A DNA stretch of 124,000 nucleotides, taken from positions 144,001-268,000 of the forward strand of contig NW_008806277.1 of NCBI RefSeq assembly GCF_000400465.1, read 5' to 3'. This DNA is from Wallemia ichthyophaga EXF-994. Taxonomy: Eukaryota; Fungi; Basidiomycota. Shown here piece after piece: positions 89,972-104,020 of this stretch (positions are counted from its first letter, which is position 1; each line of letters begins with the position of its first letter). A program made the translations under genes and the position numbers. The notes below the pieces were generated by a model. The model saw nothing but the letters and a program-made list of their open reading frames with translations. It was not told the origin of the DNA and did no database searches.

Positions 89972-91877
89972 ATAGTCTATTATTATAGTGTTCAATATTG
90001 CTTGATAGTCTCGATAAACCGTTTTCAGATAGACTCAGCCGATTGTCCTCTAATTGAGAAGTGATTTGATGATAATTCAATGAGTTCCCACCACTAATTC
90101 GTGTCAAACAGTCCAATAAGGCAATCTTGTTGTTGTATTCGGAAAACAGTGCAACGAAGGCGACCATGGTCTCTAGATTTTCATTGGGTATCTTATGACT
90201 GAAAAGATTTTCAACAATGTTCAAAAGTGGTCTATTGAATAGATTAGATTTGTCGAGTAAATTATGTGATATAGTCAGATGCAGGAGAATTGAATGCCGT
90301 CTATAAATAGTGAGGTGATTGTATTTAGCTAGAAGGTAAAGTTGATAATTTAATTGTGCAAGGTTGATGGTTTTACTGTTTATTGTGTGATCTAAACATC
90401 TTAATATTATGGACTTTGATGGTTTATGATGACGCGACTTATCTAATTTGATTAATAAATTAGCCACAGGACGATCGACTAATATGTGAAATTTGATGAT
90501 GATTTCTAGGAAAGGCAAAGGATCGATACTTCTTTCATTGAGATCGATCAAAATTTTATCGATCAAGTCAAAGGACTGGGTATTCAATAATTGATTAATC
90601 AAAGTGCCATACGTTTCACTAGTAGGATGTAGACCTCTATCTAAAGCGTAATTGAATAGTTGAAAGGCTTGAGAAGGAGAGTTTTGAGCTATTGATAATA
90701 AAGATAAATTGATATCCTTCAAGTCAGGCATGATAGATCTGGATAGTAGATGACGAAAGACGGCCAATGAAGCGCTAGAGTTGCCTAAATATAGACACAT
90801 TCTTGATAGAGCGTTTAATTGGATGTGATTATAATCTGAAGGTTTAGAATCCTTCAAGTAATTATCAAAGATAAGATTAGCTAGTTTGAAATTATCAGAG
90901 TTACCCTTTTGGTTTGTTAGAAGCCTTATGATTGATAAAGTGAGATTTGAAGAATGTGTTGGAGATAATTGAGATGATGGTAAGTTAGGATAAGCGAGTT
91001 TGATGATGTCAGATTGATTTAATTTACAGCAATTAATGAGAATTGAAGATTGAATGGATGGTTCCAGTAGATTGAATTTATTAGTCTCTAATAATGATAG
91101 GGTGAAAGCTTTGTGATTAGATTTTAGATTCTGGGAGGATAGATGGTTGGATATTGTTAAAAGAGATAGTTGCGGAGGTGTGTAAGTATCTTTAACTTTT
91201 AAATAAAGCTTGTATAAGTTGTTGTTGTTGTTATTGTCCTGTAATTCCACCAATAAACGGAATAAACCATCAAAATGAGTTGTAGGGAGTTGATAATCTA
91301 ACTTGATCAAGTACTTTAATAGTAGATTGATAGCTGATTTATCGCCATCCATGATAAAATGACTCATAATAGTATTTAATAAGTTATCTTTGTAGTCAGT
91401 GGATGATGAACATTTTAGTAGTGAAGATGAGTATCGTAATGCTAGATCGCCTTTACCATAACGTAAAGAGATTAAGCAGGAATAGTTGAGAATGATAAAT
91501 TTAATGTTATTCAGGTTATTCGAATCGTTAATATTATTGATATGGTTAGTGAAACCAGAGTCGTTTAGATGATTAAATAGAGATTGTGCTATTGTCAAAG
91601 AGTTTTTATCATCAGAGTTAATAAGCCATAGAATAACATTTAAGCAATCATAGAGTGAATCATAATTCTGATAATTGATTGTGAAAGGTGTGGATGGAAC
91701 CGATGAAGTCAAGAATGGTTTAAATCTATCCAAATTTTGATTTATAGTTTCCAATTTTTCATGCAATTGATTGTAATTTGATAGACTGATAGATTTATCA
91801 CCAAAAACCAACGTTCTGAATGATCTATTGATACTAAATTTAAACTTCTTATCGATTAGTCTATTCAAAATTCTCAT
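89940..91877 (-). CDS. Helical-repeat (PPR-like) probable mitochondrial protein
   Basis: 645-aa intronless ORF with PPR-like repeats (GLHPTSETYGTLINQL); very Leu/Asn/Ser-rich. Confidence 0.55.
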   Translation of the reverse strand: MRILNRLIDKKFKFSINRSFRTLVFGDKSISLSNYNQLHEKLETINQNLDRFKPFLTSSVPSTPFTINYQNYDSLYDCLNVILWLINSDDKNSLTIAQSLFNHLNDSGFTNHINNINDSNNLNNIKFIILNYSCLISLRYGKGDLALRYSSSLLKCSSSTDYKDNLLNTIMSHFIMDGDKSAINLLLKYLIKLDYQLPTTHFDGLFRLLVELQDNNNNNNLYKLYLKVKDTYTPPQLSLLTISNHLSSQNLKSNHKAFTLSLLETNKFNLLEPSIQSSILINCCKLNQSDIIKLAYPNLPSSQLSPTHSSNLTLSIIRLLTNQKGNSDNFKLANLIFDNYLKDSKPSDYNHIQLNALSRMCLYLGNSSASLAVFRHLLSRSIMPDLKDINLSLLSIAQNSPSQAFQLFNYALDRGLHPTSETYGTLINQLLNTQSFDLIDKILIDLNERSIDPLPFLEIIIKFHILVDRPVANLLIKLDKSRHHKPSKSIILRCLDHTINSKTINLAQLNYQLYLLAKYNHLTIYRRHSILLHLTISHNLLDKSNLFNRPLLNIVENLFSHKIPNENLETMVAFVALFSEYNNKIALLDCLTRISGGNSLNYHQITSQLEDNRLSLSENGLSRLSSNIEHYNNRLSNQLTSKQTR

Positions 91878-91953
91878 TTGCTGATTTATTCGTTAACATC
91901 AACTCCTCTGTATCCGCCTTATCAACTCACGATCCCCTATATCAATTTAGCTC

Positions 91954-92202
91954 ATGGGCAAATCTGCTAAATTCACAAAGAAACCTTTAAATAAAAAATT
92001 ATCAAAAAACAAAAATATAAATGCATCGTCTAGCTCTAATACTACAAGCCAGAAACATCCCACAACGAATCCTCCGCCACCTTCACACTCCGCAAAGCGT
92101 AGAAACAGAATTGTACAGCTATCAAATCAAGCAAAGGAAGCTAAATCAAAGGGCAGAACTGTGTTAGACGATAAAGATTATTTGAAATTATATGAAAAGT
92201 GA
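91954..92202 (+). CDS. Small basic hypothetical protein
   Basis: 82-aa Lys-rich ORF MGKSAKF...VLDDKDYLKLY. Confidence 0.5.
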   Translation: MGKSAKFTKKPLNKKLSKNKNINASSSSNTTSQKHPTTNPPPPSHSAKRRNRIVQLSNQAKEAKSKGRTVLDDKDYLKLYEK

Positions 92203-92412
92203 AATATTTGTAAAATTATTTTGGTTTTGCAGAGAAAATGAGAATACATATTATATTTTACACATAAGGATTATTATACATCAAAGAATATCATCTATGG
92301 AGTCATCTGCTGCTCACGTTTGCGCGATTGAGTTTGGTTGGTTCCCTACAATCTAAATAAGTAAGTAATTAATTCTGATATTAAACCATCTTATCAATAT
92401 ATGCACCTCAGT

Positions 92413-94472
92413 ATGACTGCTTATCTACCCCGTCAACAGTCTCAGCCCGCTTCCTCCTCCCCTATCGAATCTGAGTTTCCGCCAATCTATCTCAATACTC
92501 CAAACACTTCCCCTAAAATCAAAGATCAAGATATCGACGAAGAAGCTCTAGCCGACGTGTCTTTCGCGTCTTCAATCTCCATAACAACGAACTCTCCTTC
92601 ACCTCACAAATCTCAACCGAATTCAAACTTACCTTTGAATGATCTAAGTTTAAATGAGAATCAGACTATTAAGTCTAACAATCCTTACAATACCACCTCA
92701 AGAGGTAAAAAGCGCGTTGGCTTACCTGCAATGTGGTCCGTCACAAAGCAATCTATATCCCCACCCAACTCTTCTAAAAACAAAAGAAATGCTGTTATGT
92801 TTGAGCCTAAATCTGTTAGTTTTCACCTCTTTAAATGCGTTTTTGACTTATTCATTCCCTACAGACTATTATCCCTTCCTCGCCTCCATCCTCTCACCAC
92901 CATTCTGGTAGCTTAGATAAAGCTGATGAAAGTTCACAATATGTCTCTCAAAACAGTTATCAGGACTCGTCTCCAGAGTCTAAGTCTTCAATTAGACCTA
93001 GAGCTCCTTCTGAACCTTCAAAACCCGACATCTATTATCATAACCCATCCTCTCCGGAAAGAGTAAAGAAACCAAGACTTTCTCCTTTGAAACCCCCTTT
93101 CATGTCTATCAAGACCTTAGGTAGAGCTTATTCTGCACCAGACAACTACGTTGGTCAATCAAAAACTATCTCAGGCACTCTCTCTCCTTATCAATCATCT
93201 CAATCTCCTAATTATTCAAAGTATAAGTCTGCCCCAATACGCGAGCGTAGACAAAACAAAAAGAGCAGACCTCCAATGCCCTCATTCGAACAACAATCAC
93301 CTTCATTGTTCAATAATGACCATCAATCTGAAAACCAACCTGATAAATCAAACAAAAAACCCTTCGCTAAACCCGCATTCAGAAGAGCTTTCTCTTTAGT
93401 TGCTCCAAATCCAATGAACAATGTCCCATCACCGGGTGATATTGACTCTTCACCATGTGCTGATGCTTCTCCGTCAATAAGACCTTTATCACAACAAATT
93501 CAACAAAAAAACACTTTTAATAGACCTTCAGGTCCTTTGAGAGCTCTATCTTCTTTACAAGGTCCTGCGATTTCTCCTAGAGGTGTTCAAATTCCTGGTT
93601 TCGGTCATAGTGAAAAGGAGGGTAAACTTTTACCTTGTTTCAACGTTAAGGATGATGGCTTAATGAGAGTAAACCCTGATGTCGTTGATGACTTGATATC
93701 CAACCCTCTGCCAAACAATATTAGTGATTTACACATCGTTGATTGTAGATTCCCATTCGAATATGCAGGTGGTCATATTCCAGGTGCTGTTAATCTTGGT
93801 ACTCTTCAAGCTGTTGAGAATCATTTCTTAATACCAAACTCTGGTATTAATCAATCATCTTTCTCTTTACCTACACCCTCAACTTCTGCATCTAATAATG
93901 AAAATAGTCGAAAAGTTATTATTTTCCACTGCGAATTCTCAAACATGAGAGCACCTACACTCGCAAAGCACCTTAGATCTTTAGACAGAAGTCGCAATGA
94001 ACATCCTAACCTAAATTTTCCGGAACTCTATATTTTATCAGGAGGTTACGCGGAATATTACAAACAATATAATTTTAAAAAACCTTACTTGAGATATACA
94101 CCGATGGATGCACCAAACTTCCATCCAGAACGAGAAGCTCATCTAGCTGCATTCAGAGCCTCATCAAAACCATCTTCCATGGGTGGCGGACCAAATATGG
94201 GATTAAGGTCAAAATCGTTTACATTTGCAACTAACAGCTCTAGATTGACAAATGTTTCAAAACTACTACAAGATCAGACAGTACATGAGGAGTGTAGTGA
94301 GATTTCAATGGATGCCTCACCTTGCGCGCCTTCACAGAAAAGTAACAGACCTCCATTACTTAATAGACACAAATCACTCGCTAAGTTGCAAAGCTCGCCT
94401 CTTAAATTAGACAGCGACAACGATTCACCAATGAAGATAAAAAGGGACTTGACTTTTGTTGATCGGTCATAA
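92413..94472 (+). CDS. MIH1: Cdc25/Mih1 M-phase inducer phosphatase
   Basis: IVDCRFPFEYAGGHIPGAVN, IFHCEFSNMRAP (HCX5R), PELYILSGGY. Confidence 0.9.
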
Positions 94473-94598
94473 TCATCAAAACGTCTCAAACACTCTTTCT
94501 CAAACACACTCTCTCAAACATTCTTTCTATTCAGTATTTTGTTTATAGTTGTATATGTTTATATAAATACACGGTATTATTCAAGCTCAAACTCAAAA

Positions 94599-95310
94599 TC
94601 AAATACCCAATCGCTCTTCTAACTCCTTGTTTTGAAGTTTCAGTGTTTCTATAGTGTTCATATCTGACTTTTGCTGTGTTATATGCCCAAGATATTCCTT
94701 GCGTAGATCTTCATATTGAGATTGTAATTCTGTATACATTCCTGCACGCTCTTTGACATTTGAGAGTGTTGAACGATGTTCATTGTCTAATTCGAGCTGC
94801 CTTTCTTGTTGTAATACATATAATCTCTTTGATAATTCGTTAACGGTGGTATCCTGGAATGTCTTTCTAGCCGCAAGTCCAACACTCAGTTGATTCTCCA
94901 GCAAACTTATCTTTGATAGTAACTCCTGATTCTCCTTACTCAACGCAAAGGCTGCTTCAGATGATTGCTGGTATTGTTGCCTTAGGAAGTCATTATCCTC
95001 TACTAAACCGTTTATACGTCTGTCATTATCTTCAACTTGTGCGCCTAATCTGACATTCTCGCCAACATTCCTTTCGTGATCCCCTTGGAGGGCATGAGCA
95101 AACTTTGTGAATTGATCGAATGGATTGAGCGGCTAATAATGTTAGATGATTTTTCACTTTAACTTACTACCTTACTGTTTCTGGTGCTTCTTCGACATTG
95201 ACGTCCTTTGACTCGTTATCTTTGACTCTCACATCATCCTCATTTGGCTGCTCAATAATTACCGCTTCAACTACTGCATCATCTTGCATCGGTACATTAT
95301 CCTCCATTTC
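94599..95310 (-). CDS. Coiled-coil hypothetical protein
   Basis: Acidic first exon plus heptad-rich ORF 94599-94943; start approximate. Confidence 0.4.
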
Positions 95311-95472
95311 TTGTGTACTGGCAGAATAACTTGATGATGACCGTTGGTTCTTATCCGTTAACTCATAAGACTTGTAATAAGAATAATAAATTCACTTTAC
95401 AATTATATAATGCTAATTTGTAATCGTACAATGCGAAATAGTTATGCAATGAAGTGATTGCCGTTACGGAAA

Positions 95473-98400
95473 TCAAAGCTGATCGTCATCAACAACAAAA
95501 CCATCCTCATACTAAAGAAATCAAAGTTAGAAATATTTTAGTGTATAAGTTTACCCAAACTCACATCATATGTATCATCTGGATCAGCTACGTTTGGACT
95601 ACTAGAAAGCAACATCGGCCTATGGGCTGCCTCTTTCGAACCAAGCATAAACCCTACAGGATTCCTTATAGGTCCTGCATTAAATTGTGGTCCACCTCCG
95701 TTTGGTACCTGAGTTGCTAAACCCATTACATAAGCTGCTTGCTGATTATAATCAATGTCATTATTAATGAGCTGACTTTGATCACCAGCAACAAAATCAA
95801 TATCACTTTCCGATAGTGCTTCTACGTCACTTGATCTCTCATCTCCAGAAGCATCTTCATTTTCAGAGACTTGAGCATCCAGATCTAAATATTCACCATG
95901 CGTCATCATCGTTCTACTACGCTTTGTTGTTGGCTGAGGAGGCATTGGTGATGTATTCGATGATGATCTCTGTCTTAATCGTTTGAATGGATGATAGGGT
96001 GTACCACGGGGTGAGGATGAGATGAGTGATTTGCCTGTTGTGCGAGGTGCAATAAGACTCTGACCAGGTTTACGGACAACCTGTGATTGATCGGGCGATC
96101 CATTACTCAATATTGATTTCGGTTCATAATGAAATGGCTTGATATATGTGTTCTCCTGAACATTCATTCGTGTGTTGTTGACAACAAGCGGAGATGAGTC
96201 AACTGACATGCAGCTGTTGTTTGCATTTTTACCACCCAATGGTCTTGCTGGCGTTTTAAATGTTTCATCTTTACGCTTAGCGTTGTCATTCTTTCCGGGA
96301 ACGACCACGGGACTGTCAACTTGATCAGAATCAAGGTCAATGACTGGTGAATCTTGAAATAGTAGTCTAGGTGCTTTAAACCCTTTTTTACTTCTCTTCT
96401 TGCTTCCAAATGGTGGCTCTGACGGTGACTTTAAGATCGGTGGTTTGTTCAGGACCAAGACTGGTGAAGATGTTGGTGACATTGGCGTTGGTGATCTCGT
96501 ACGCTGTCTTTTTGTACTCTGTGTAGGCTTGGGAGACTCTACCTCTTCTTCGTCATCATGGAGAGTGATTGAATGAGTTCGCAATGACAACGTCTTTGAT
96601 AAAGCGGCCACTGATTGATTGGATTTACTTGCTTGACTTGCTTGCCGTCTTACAGCATGACTTGGCTGCCTTTGTAATTGGCTGGGTTTATTCTTCAACT
96701 TCTCGTTTCGCTTCGACGAAGGACCTGAGGGCTCAAGCTTCAAGGGCTGCACTTCCTTCTGTGACTGAAAGTCATCTATGCCCTTTTTTAGTGCTTCATC
96801 TTCAGAATCTGATTCGACGTTCATAGCAGCAGTGTCTGTTTTCTTTTCAACGAGATCACTAGCATTAACAAACCCCGAGGTAGCTTGTTCTGGGACGTTA
96901 CGAAGAGGATTTTCATTTCTTTTCCGCTTTGGCTTTGAAGCCTTCGTGAAGTTACGGATGTTTGAACTAGAAGAGTCTTTCTTGATGTTTTTCTTAGTTA
97001 AGCTTTCCCATTCTTCAACCTGAACATGTCTCTTCTCACATTCAGGTTCAACGTCATGTGGAATTAACCGTTCAACATCGTTGTATAATGCCACTTGATC
97101 TCCCGAAACAATATATGCTTGAACATCCTGGTGCCTAGCTTGTGCTTCATCCCAATTTTTATCTTCAAGGTCTTCAGCCATGAGTGTGTGAACGTGTCCC
97201 TGACGCTTTCTGCCAGTACGACCAATCTTTTGTAACATACTGATAGAGCTTCTTCCAGGATCATAGGTTATAGTAAGATCGATATCACCAATGTCCAAAC
97301 CTTCTTCACCGATAGATGTTGAGACTAACACATTAAAAGTCCCATCTTTATATTCATTCATGACTTTCTGTTGTTGTTTTTGATTTAAACCCTTTTTACC
97401 ATTAGATGCTGCTTGTCCGACGAATGCCGCCGCCTATTATGAATCTTGTCAGATATATACTTTTGCATTATTTCCTAACCCACTCTAAGAATAGGAGAAT
97501 GGGTATTGATTTGTTCCACTACTTCGTCCACTGTCTCTCTAAGTGCTGTATGAGTGTGAGATACTGATCTTAAGACAAAGAAAAAACGCACATGCAAAGA
97601 CTATGGCTCTAGTTTCAGTCTTTTCCGTTGAAAAGTTGGTAAAGTGATCCAATAACAGTGATTCTACTTTCTCCATCTTTGGATGACTGAGTCTGCCATT
97701 GCGTCTGGATCGTTCAGACTCTATTGATAACATAAGTTTTTCTATAGTCTTTTTGGTATCTGGATCTTGCTTTTTGCCGCTCAGCTCTTGCAAATTTTGA
97801 TAGAATATCTCAATGCTCTGGATTTGCTGTAAATTGGTTAGCCTTTTTTCTAGCGCAATTAATTGTGAGCTCACCAAGTTCCTCATAGCACGCGTGGCAT
97901 CTCCTGCTTTATTCAAACTACCAAACAAATATTTTTGATGTGGTAATATCCTGCTACGAAGAGCAGTGATCGAATATGGATGAAGCTTCCTCAATTTGTT
98001 GATTGTGTACTCTGGAAGAAGATCTTTTGCAATGAGTGGATCGACTGTACGCTGGTCGAACGCTTTAGTCGATTATCAATCGTTTTAAGTTGACTTACTT
98101 TTACGACATCCTCCCATTGCATACACAACTCATCTATGAAGTAGTCCATTTTTATAATATGCTCTTCAAAGATCTTCTTATGGGTGTACTGTTTAATATC
98201 TGGTGATGAGTCATTGCGAATGGCGATATTACTTATATGCAAGTTATCTATAATTGGTTGTACTTGTTCAGGAGTATTACCAGGAGTAGCCGTCAAAGCC
98301 AATACTCTGAAATGAGGGTTCGTTTTCATCATGTGCCGCACCACTGAGCAGTAGCTATCAAAGTGTAAATATGATGTCATCTAAGAATGCATGACGCACG

Positions 98401-99712
98401 AATAATCTCCTTGTCCTTTGTGAGCTTCATCTGGATAAAAAATGTAAGATTTTTATGTAAGCTGCAAATGTCTTGAACTACCTATCACTATCAAGACAAC
98501 ATCTTGAGGATCACACACTCCCTTTTGAAGGTCGTTGTTTAGAGTTTGAGGAGTCATATACAAAACCCTCTTTTCCCTTATCTGATAACTGTGAGCGCTG
98601 ATTGTTTTTTTAAAGGACAGCTTACGATAGCTTCACGTTTTTGTTGTGAGACATCACCATACAAGACACTGACATCAGATTGCGGGATACCACAAACGTC
98701 GTGACAAGCTTTGGCCTGTTGATCGACAAGCGGTTCTAATCTCATTCATTTTAATGTTCTTGTAATCTGAGTCAACTTACTCGTTGGTGCTAAGAAGACT
98801 ACTTTGGCAGTAGGGAACCACTTATAGTAGTTCATAATAACTACTCCAGCTATTAGTGTCTAAATCGTTGTCAATTTGGAAAGAAGGGATTTCAAAGCAA
98901 CTCACTTTACCAAGACCAGTTGGAAGCGCGACCAATGTGTTTTGGAAGAGACACTGTGTTGTGATATTGATCTGGTAGTCTCTGATAGGATAGTTTGTAG
99001 GATAAATCCAGCTCTTGACAGCTTGAGGATCGTATCTATGCTTCATCGGTTGTAGCTATAGTTGTTTAGTAGTTGTAGAGGTTCTATACTCGACTTACAG
99101 AGCTAAAAGCGGTTTGGTGAGACAGTGTTACAGGAAAATAAAAAACCACCTACCCTAAGCAAATGTAAGAAAGTTGCAGATAAATTGTGTTAACTTACCT
99201 GTTGATAGCGAGGGGAATTGCTCGAATTCAATTAAATCGTCTTCGATAATCATATCGCCGTCCTCTTCAGCTCTCGCCTTCTGCTTTCTCTGCTTGTTTG
99301 ATTTAGACATAGCCTTGTAGTCCCATTGCTTTTTTGCTCCACTGTGCTCTTTCTGAACCATAACAGGTCGCGGTGGAGGTCGCGACGCGGGAGGTGGCGG
99401 TGCACCCCAAAGTCTCTGCTGAACCAGCCCTTGGGATGATGCTGGGTTATTGTATGAGTTATTTTCAATGCGATCTAATTGCTCCATAGCGTCGTCGTCG
99501 ATGATGATAGGTGAGTTGAAATCCTCACCATAATCGATCGTGCTGTCTATCCCAGCGGTCTGTTCCTCTCTAATTCGATAGTCTTGTATTTGTGGCCGCT
99601 GTTGGTTGAATTGCGATTCAATCAAGTCAGCCTGCTCTAATAGATCGGCATCGTCGAAAGAATCGGAGAAGTCTGAGTTGTCCACTAGACGTAAGATGTT
99701 AGCCTCTTCCAT
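95473..99712 (-). CDS. MPH1: FANCM/Mph1 DEAH helicase
   Basis: [53 protein letters not shown]. Confidence 0.93.
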
Positions 99713-100187
99713 ATTGCGGGATATTCGCGCTTACTCTGTGCTATCTTGAGGAGCACAAGCACGCGTAGTGGTGGTTCGATTCAACACGCGATTAGGATGG
99801 GATTTGATCAAGTGGAGTAGATTTTGAATCATTTTTGTGTACCTGCAGCAAGTATAAGCTAAATCAATTTATATCGACTCAAATTACTCTCCACCTCTTG
99901 CTCATCTCTCGCATCCAAAAGCGGAGCAATTAATAACAAGGTACGAATGACGTTGGTGTTTACGCGTAGCATGGTCATGAGCCGATAGCATTGAAGCATC
100001 ATCTTACATAAAATCTAATAAATATCGCGTCAAATCCTTCAACGCTCTGAGCACATCTGTGACGTCAGTTTATCGAATCATTTATAAGTTTACAATTATT
100101 TCTTTGAATCAAGAAACTGTCCTTGATATGATTATTCAGGTACAAGAATCTTGAATGTTTGAGTGTATGTACTAATCGATGCATTCT

Positions 100188-102099
100188 TTATTTCATCAAA
100201 TCAACTAAATCGTCAAACGGTGACTTTTGTTGAGGTTGTTGAGGTGGATGAGGTTGGGGATTTGTAAATTGTGCATTAGATGTTGTGGTATTATTGATAT
100301 TGGCGGGTGTGTTCAGTCCTGGTGTTATAGGGCTTTGGGCAGCAGGAGTGTATGGTTGGGAATAGCTGACTGGTGTGCCTGTTGCTGGCCTCATTGCATA
100401 GAGACTCTTTAAAGCTTCATTTGAGCTCAAGTTCATCGCTGGTGGTGATGATACTTGAGCAGGTTGCGTTTGGGATTGCACATCTGCAGATCCTGTAGGG
100501 CCAGGGGATGGTGCAGAAAATAAATCTACTGGAAGTTCACTGCTTGCACCTCCTCCTAGTTGTACTCCAGCATCATTACCTTCGTCGCGTTCAACGTGTT
100601 CGTACTGCAAAGGATCATCGAAGTCAATCAAATTCTGACCTTCACTTCGGTCGTTTGAATTTCCAGATGTGATACCCTTAGATTGAAAGCTTGACTCGTT
100701 AGATTCAACTCTGTGCGTTTCATTATAACTTACTTTTCATTCATTTCAAACTTGGCATCGTAATCACCATTCTTAAAAGCTGTGTATCTGTTTACGACGT
100801 TGTTTATCAAGTCGTTAATCTGCAATAAGCGTTCTGAAGGTAAATTTGTCAAACAGGGGTTTGCACTGACGATATATACTCACCTAGCAAGTCTGGGTCC
100901 GATTCAGATGCATCAGATATCCATTTTTGTAGTTTCGGACTTGCTTGCTTGCAAAGTGATGCTACTTGCTAAGCTGGGGTAAGCTTTATGTGCTTTTGTA
101001 TATAAGTCCTACTCACATCATATGCATCACCACGCACGAGCTTTTCCTGAGTCTGTGCAGCTTGGTCTAGCATATCGTTAAGAAGTATAGCTTTGTGCTG
101101 AACTTTGTCGAGTTCTTTCAATGTTTGTGCGCGATAGTCTGGCTTGCGTTCGTCCTTCAGAGCATTAGCGGTGTATATTTTGTGTTTAAGTGACTCACAA
101201 ATCCAGAAAGCTTTTTCATGAGATCTTGAGCAGCAGCTAAATCTCTTGGTGTACCACGCCTGATAAGTTCTTGCAATTTCTACCAGCCGTCAGGGCGTAT
101301 ATACGCAGAATAATCTATACCTACCGCGGATTGCGCTTCTCTATCTTCCTCTTCTAATTCTTCGGGTGATTTGAGGTTCTAATGCAACGTTAGATATCAT
101401 CGTGCGATACGACTCTTCTTACATCAGTCGCAACGGTTATAGCAGCATTTCTACTCAATTCTGGGAATCTGTAACCTTTATAACCAAGCAATCTCCACAT
101501 GTCTCTAACGTGAACAAGGTCCTCCTTGTGTTTTGAAGTAGTCGCTACGCCATTCTTCCACTCATTGATAAGCTCGAGCGTTTTGCCCATGATTGGACCT
101601 GGATAGGCGGGTGGACGCTCTGGGAACCTACGCACAAGCTCATTGAGGAAGTCTTTTGTCGCTATTTGGAGATGGAAAGGGTAACCACAGTTCTTGACCA
101701 GCACATCAAGTAGCTTGACAAGTGTCAGTCCAATGAAGCTATAAGAGAGCACAAACTCACATGAAGAGCTAGTAGCGCTGATCTAGGGCTTCCCTGATTG
101801 ACATGCCTTAATATCTCAAACGCAGCTTCTCGTGGACTAAGAGGAGCGTGAGATTGACCTACTAATAAGCAACAACTAACCAATTGGATTTTTTGGTATT
101901 GATGTACTCAGCTATTTCCATTTCTAGTTCTTGATTTGGCTGGAAAAGCGTCGTTTCACATGCCATAGCTGAGATTGAACTGAGATTGAGGACGCCGTTT
102001 GATCCGAATCTTACCTATATACGAGGACAGCACATCAGAGGTTCTTGAATTTCTGCCCCAAGGGCTCCCCAGACGACCGAGCGTATTTGGATTAAGCAT
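100188..102099 (-). CDS. GGA-type VHS-GAT clathrin adaptor, apparently lacking the GAE ear
   Basis: VKNCGYPFHLQIATKDFLNELVRRFP (VHS), AKLQELIRRGTPRDL (GAT), clathrin box LIDFD. Confidence 0.82.
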
Positions 102100-102277
102100 C
102101 TTGATGGTGGTAGCGGAGTTGCATGTAAATAAATAAATTACTATCAGGTATACAATCAGAGGTGGTGACCCGGCACCAACGCGAATATGAGTGTGAACAC
102201 TGCAGTAGATAGTGCAACGAGTGCGGCTACTAATCTGCATTACTGTGAGATTGATAATGATATCACGACGCAATAAC

Positions 102278-103480
102278 CTACGCGGTGCGAATGAGTAGGA
102301 GCTTCTTAACATAGGGCTCTTCAATTTCGATAGTCCTGAATGGCGTCGTTTCGCTATGCTTTGTCAGTATTGCTATCGATGACACAACAACGCACCTCTT
102401 GTTAAACAAGACCATAAGAGGGTCGATATTATACTTGAAAGACCAGATGAGAAAGAAAGATATTAAAAAGGGTAAAAGCACCTGTATTCGCATTCGATTA
102501 GCTGGGTAATGAGGCGTAATTGTTGCACACACCCAAACTCGCGTCTTCTGGGGCTTGTAGTCGATGAATATAAAGCAAAAGCCAAGTGCAAAAGCAAACC
102601 AAAGAAGGAAAAGTCCTAAACCGAGTCTTACTAATGATGACATCGGTGTTAAGTTACCAAAACCTTTGGCACGTAAAAATCTGTTCCTAGTTAGCAGTGG
102701 AAAAGCAATATATTACACCACAAACCTGGGAAACACACCACCCTCAAGTGCCCTGAAAATATACTCCTTCTGAGGGTAGAAGAGATCTGGTATATCAGTC
102801 AGCGGCGTATTATGACCAAAGTTTTGTATTCTAAGAGCAGGTGGTAGATAGATTTCCTTGTCACTGCCAGGAGCGAGGTATCTAAAGTAAATGCGCTCAG
102901 CTGAGTCGAACAAATCACCATGGCTAATGACAGCATTTCTAGGTATCGTCGTTGGATTCCTCTTTGAGTCCTTGCGTTTAGAAACCAAAGTATTGACAGA
103001 CTTCTCCGGGTCAAAGTCAGATGTCGATAAGTTCTGCTTGTTTGAGTTGTTTGAGGCGTCGAGTAAGAAATTGTCTAGTGCAACTGGTTGCTCACGGTGA
103101 CCTGATTGAAGGGAAGTTGAGGAACGCGACTGATTGTTGATTGGAGAAGGACTTAGGCGATTGCGATCGAAGTTGTTTGAGGGTTCTGCGAGACCGATGA
103201 GGTTTGAGTATATGGAACCCTTGCTACGCGCGCTACTAAGATATTCCGGCCAGACGTCCTGTATCAGTCTTCCAGATTTCCTGATATCCTTAAAGTAAGC
103301 GCGGCACAGATTCTCGTGTTGCTGTGTGTCTAGCCAGAAATCAAGTGCGTCCTCAGAGCCCTCGCGTTGGAGGAAAAGATAGAGACAGAAAAGATCGACG
103401 GGTGGTTTAGTTTTCCGAGAAAGGACCTCTGCTAGCGTGGGTAGACGCGTCAGTCCAGAGGAGTTCTCTGTGAATTTCAT
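102278..103480 (-). CDS. RAX1: Rax1-like RGS-domain membrane protein
   Basis: RLPTLAEVLSRKTKPPVDLFCLYLFLQRE, LDFWLD, YLAPGSDKEIYLP, C-terminal TM segments. Confidence 0.85.
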
Positions 103481-103640
103481 ATGATGAAGTAAGTTGAAGA
103501 GATGTGCATAACATTCCAGTGGAAATGTAAATAAATTTTGGAGGCAATAAGTCGCACAAGATTACCAGCAGTATCACGCACGAATTCTGTACTTGGGATA
103601 CTCACTCATCTCTCCGTCCTCGTTCTCAGAAACGTCCAAG

Positions 103641-104020
103641 ATGTCAGCATTCAGCAGAGCACTCCCAACGGCGGTAAAAGAAATCAGACTAATTGGATGC
103701 CAAACTGGAAACAGATCAGAGGGATTCAGGTGGGTAATGTATTTATCTCTGCGTAGAATAATCCCAACCGCAACCAGGCAATTCGTACAATCATCCTACC
103801 CTAATCTCAAGCAATCGAATCCACATCTACCAATCCTCGTTCGTGAGGCTGCCGGTGTACCAGCACGTGCATTCGCTAGATTTGGTGGGTAGCCGTGTCC
103901 AAGCACAGGACAGCACTGACAATGACAGAATACGGCTTGGAGAAGAACGTTAGCTTAGATGGATTGTCTGCAGGTGAGGTGACAAAGCAGGTCGAGACGC
104001 TGCTGTCCAAGACCAATTAG
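103641..104020 (+). CDS. Complex I subunit NDUFA2 (CI-B8/NI8M)
   Basis: Spliced: VKEIRLIGCQT..SEGFRQFVQSSYPNLKQSNPHLPILVREAAG.PARAFARFEYGLE. Confidence 0.85.
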
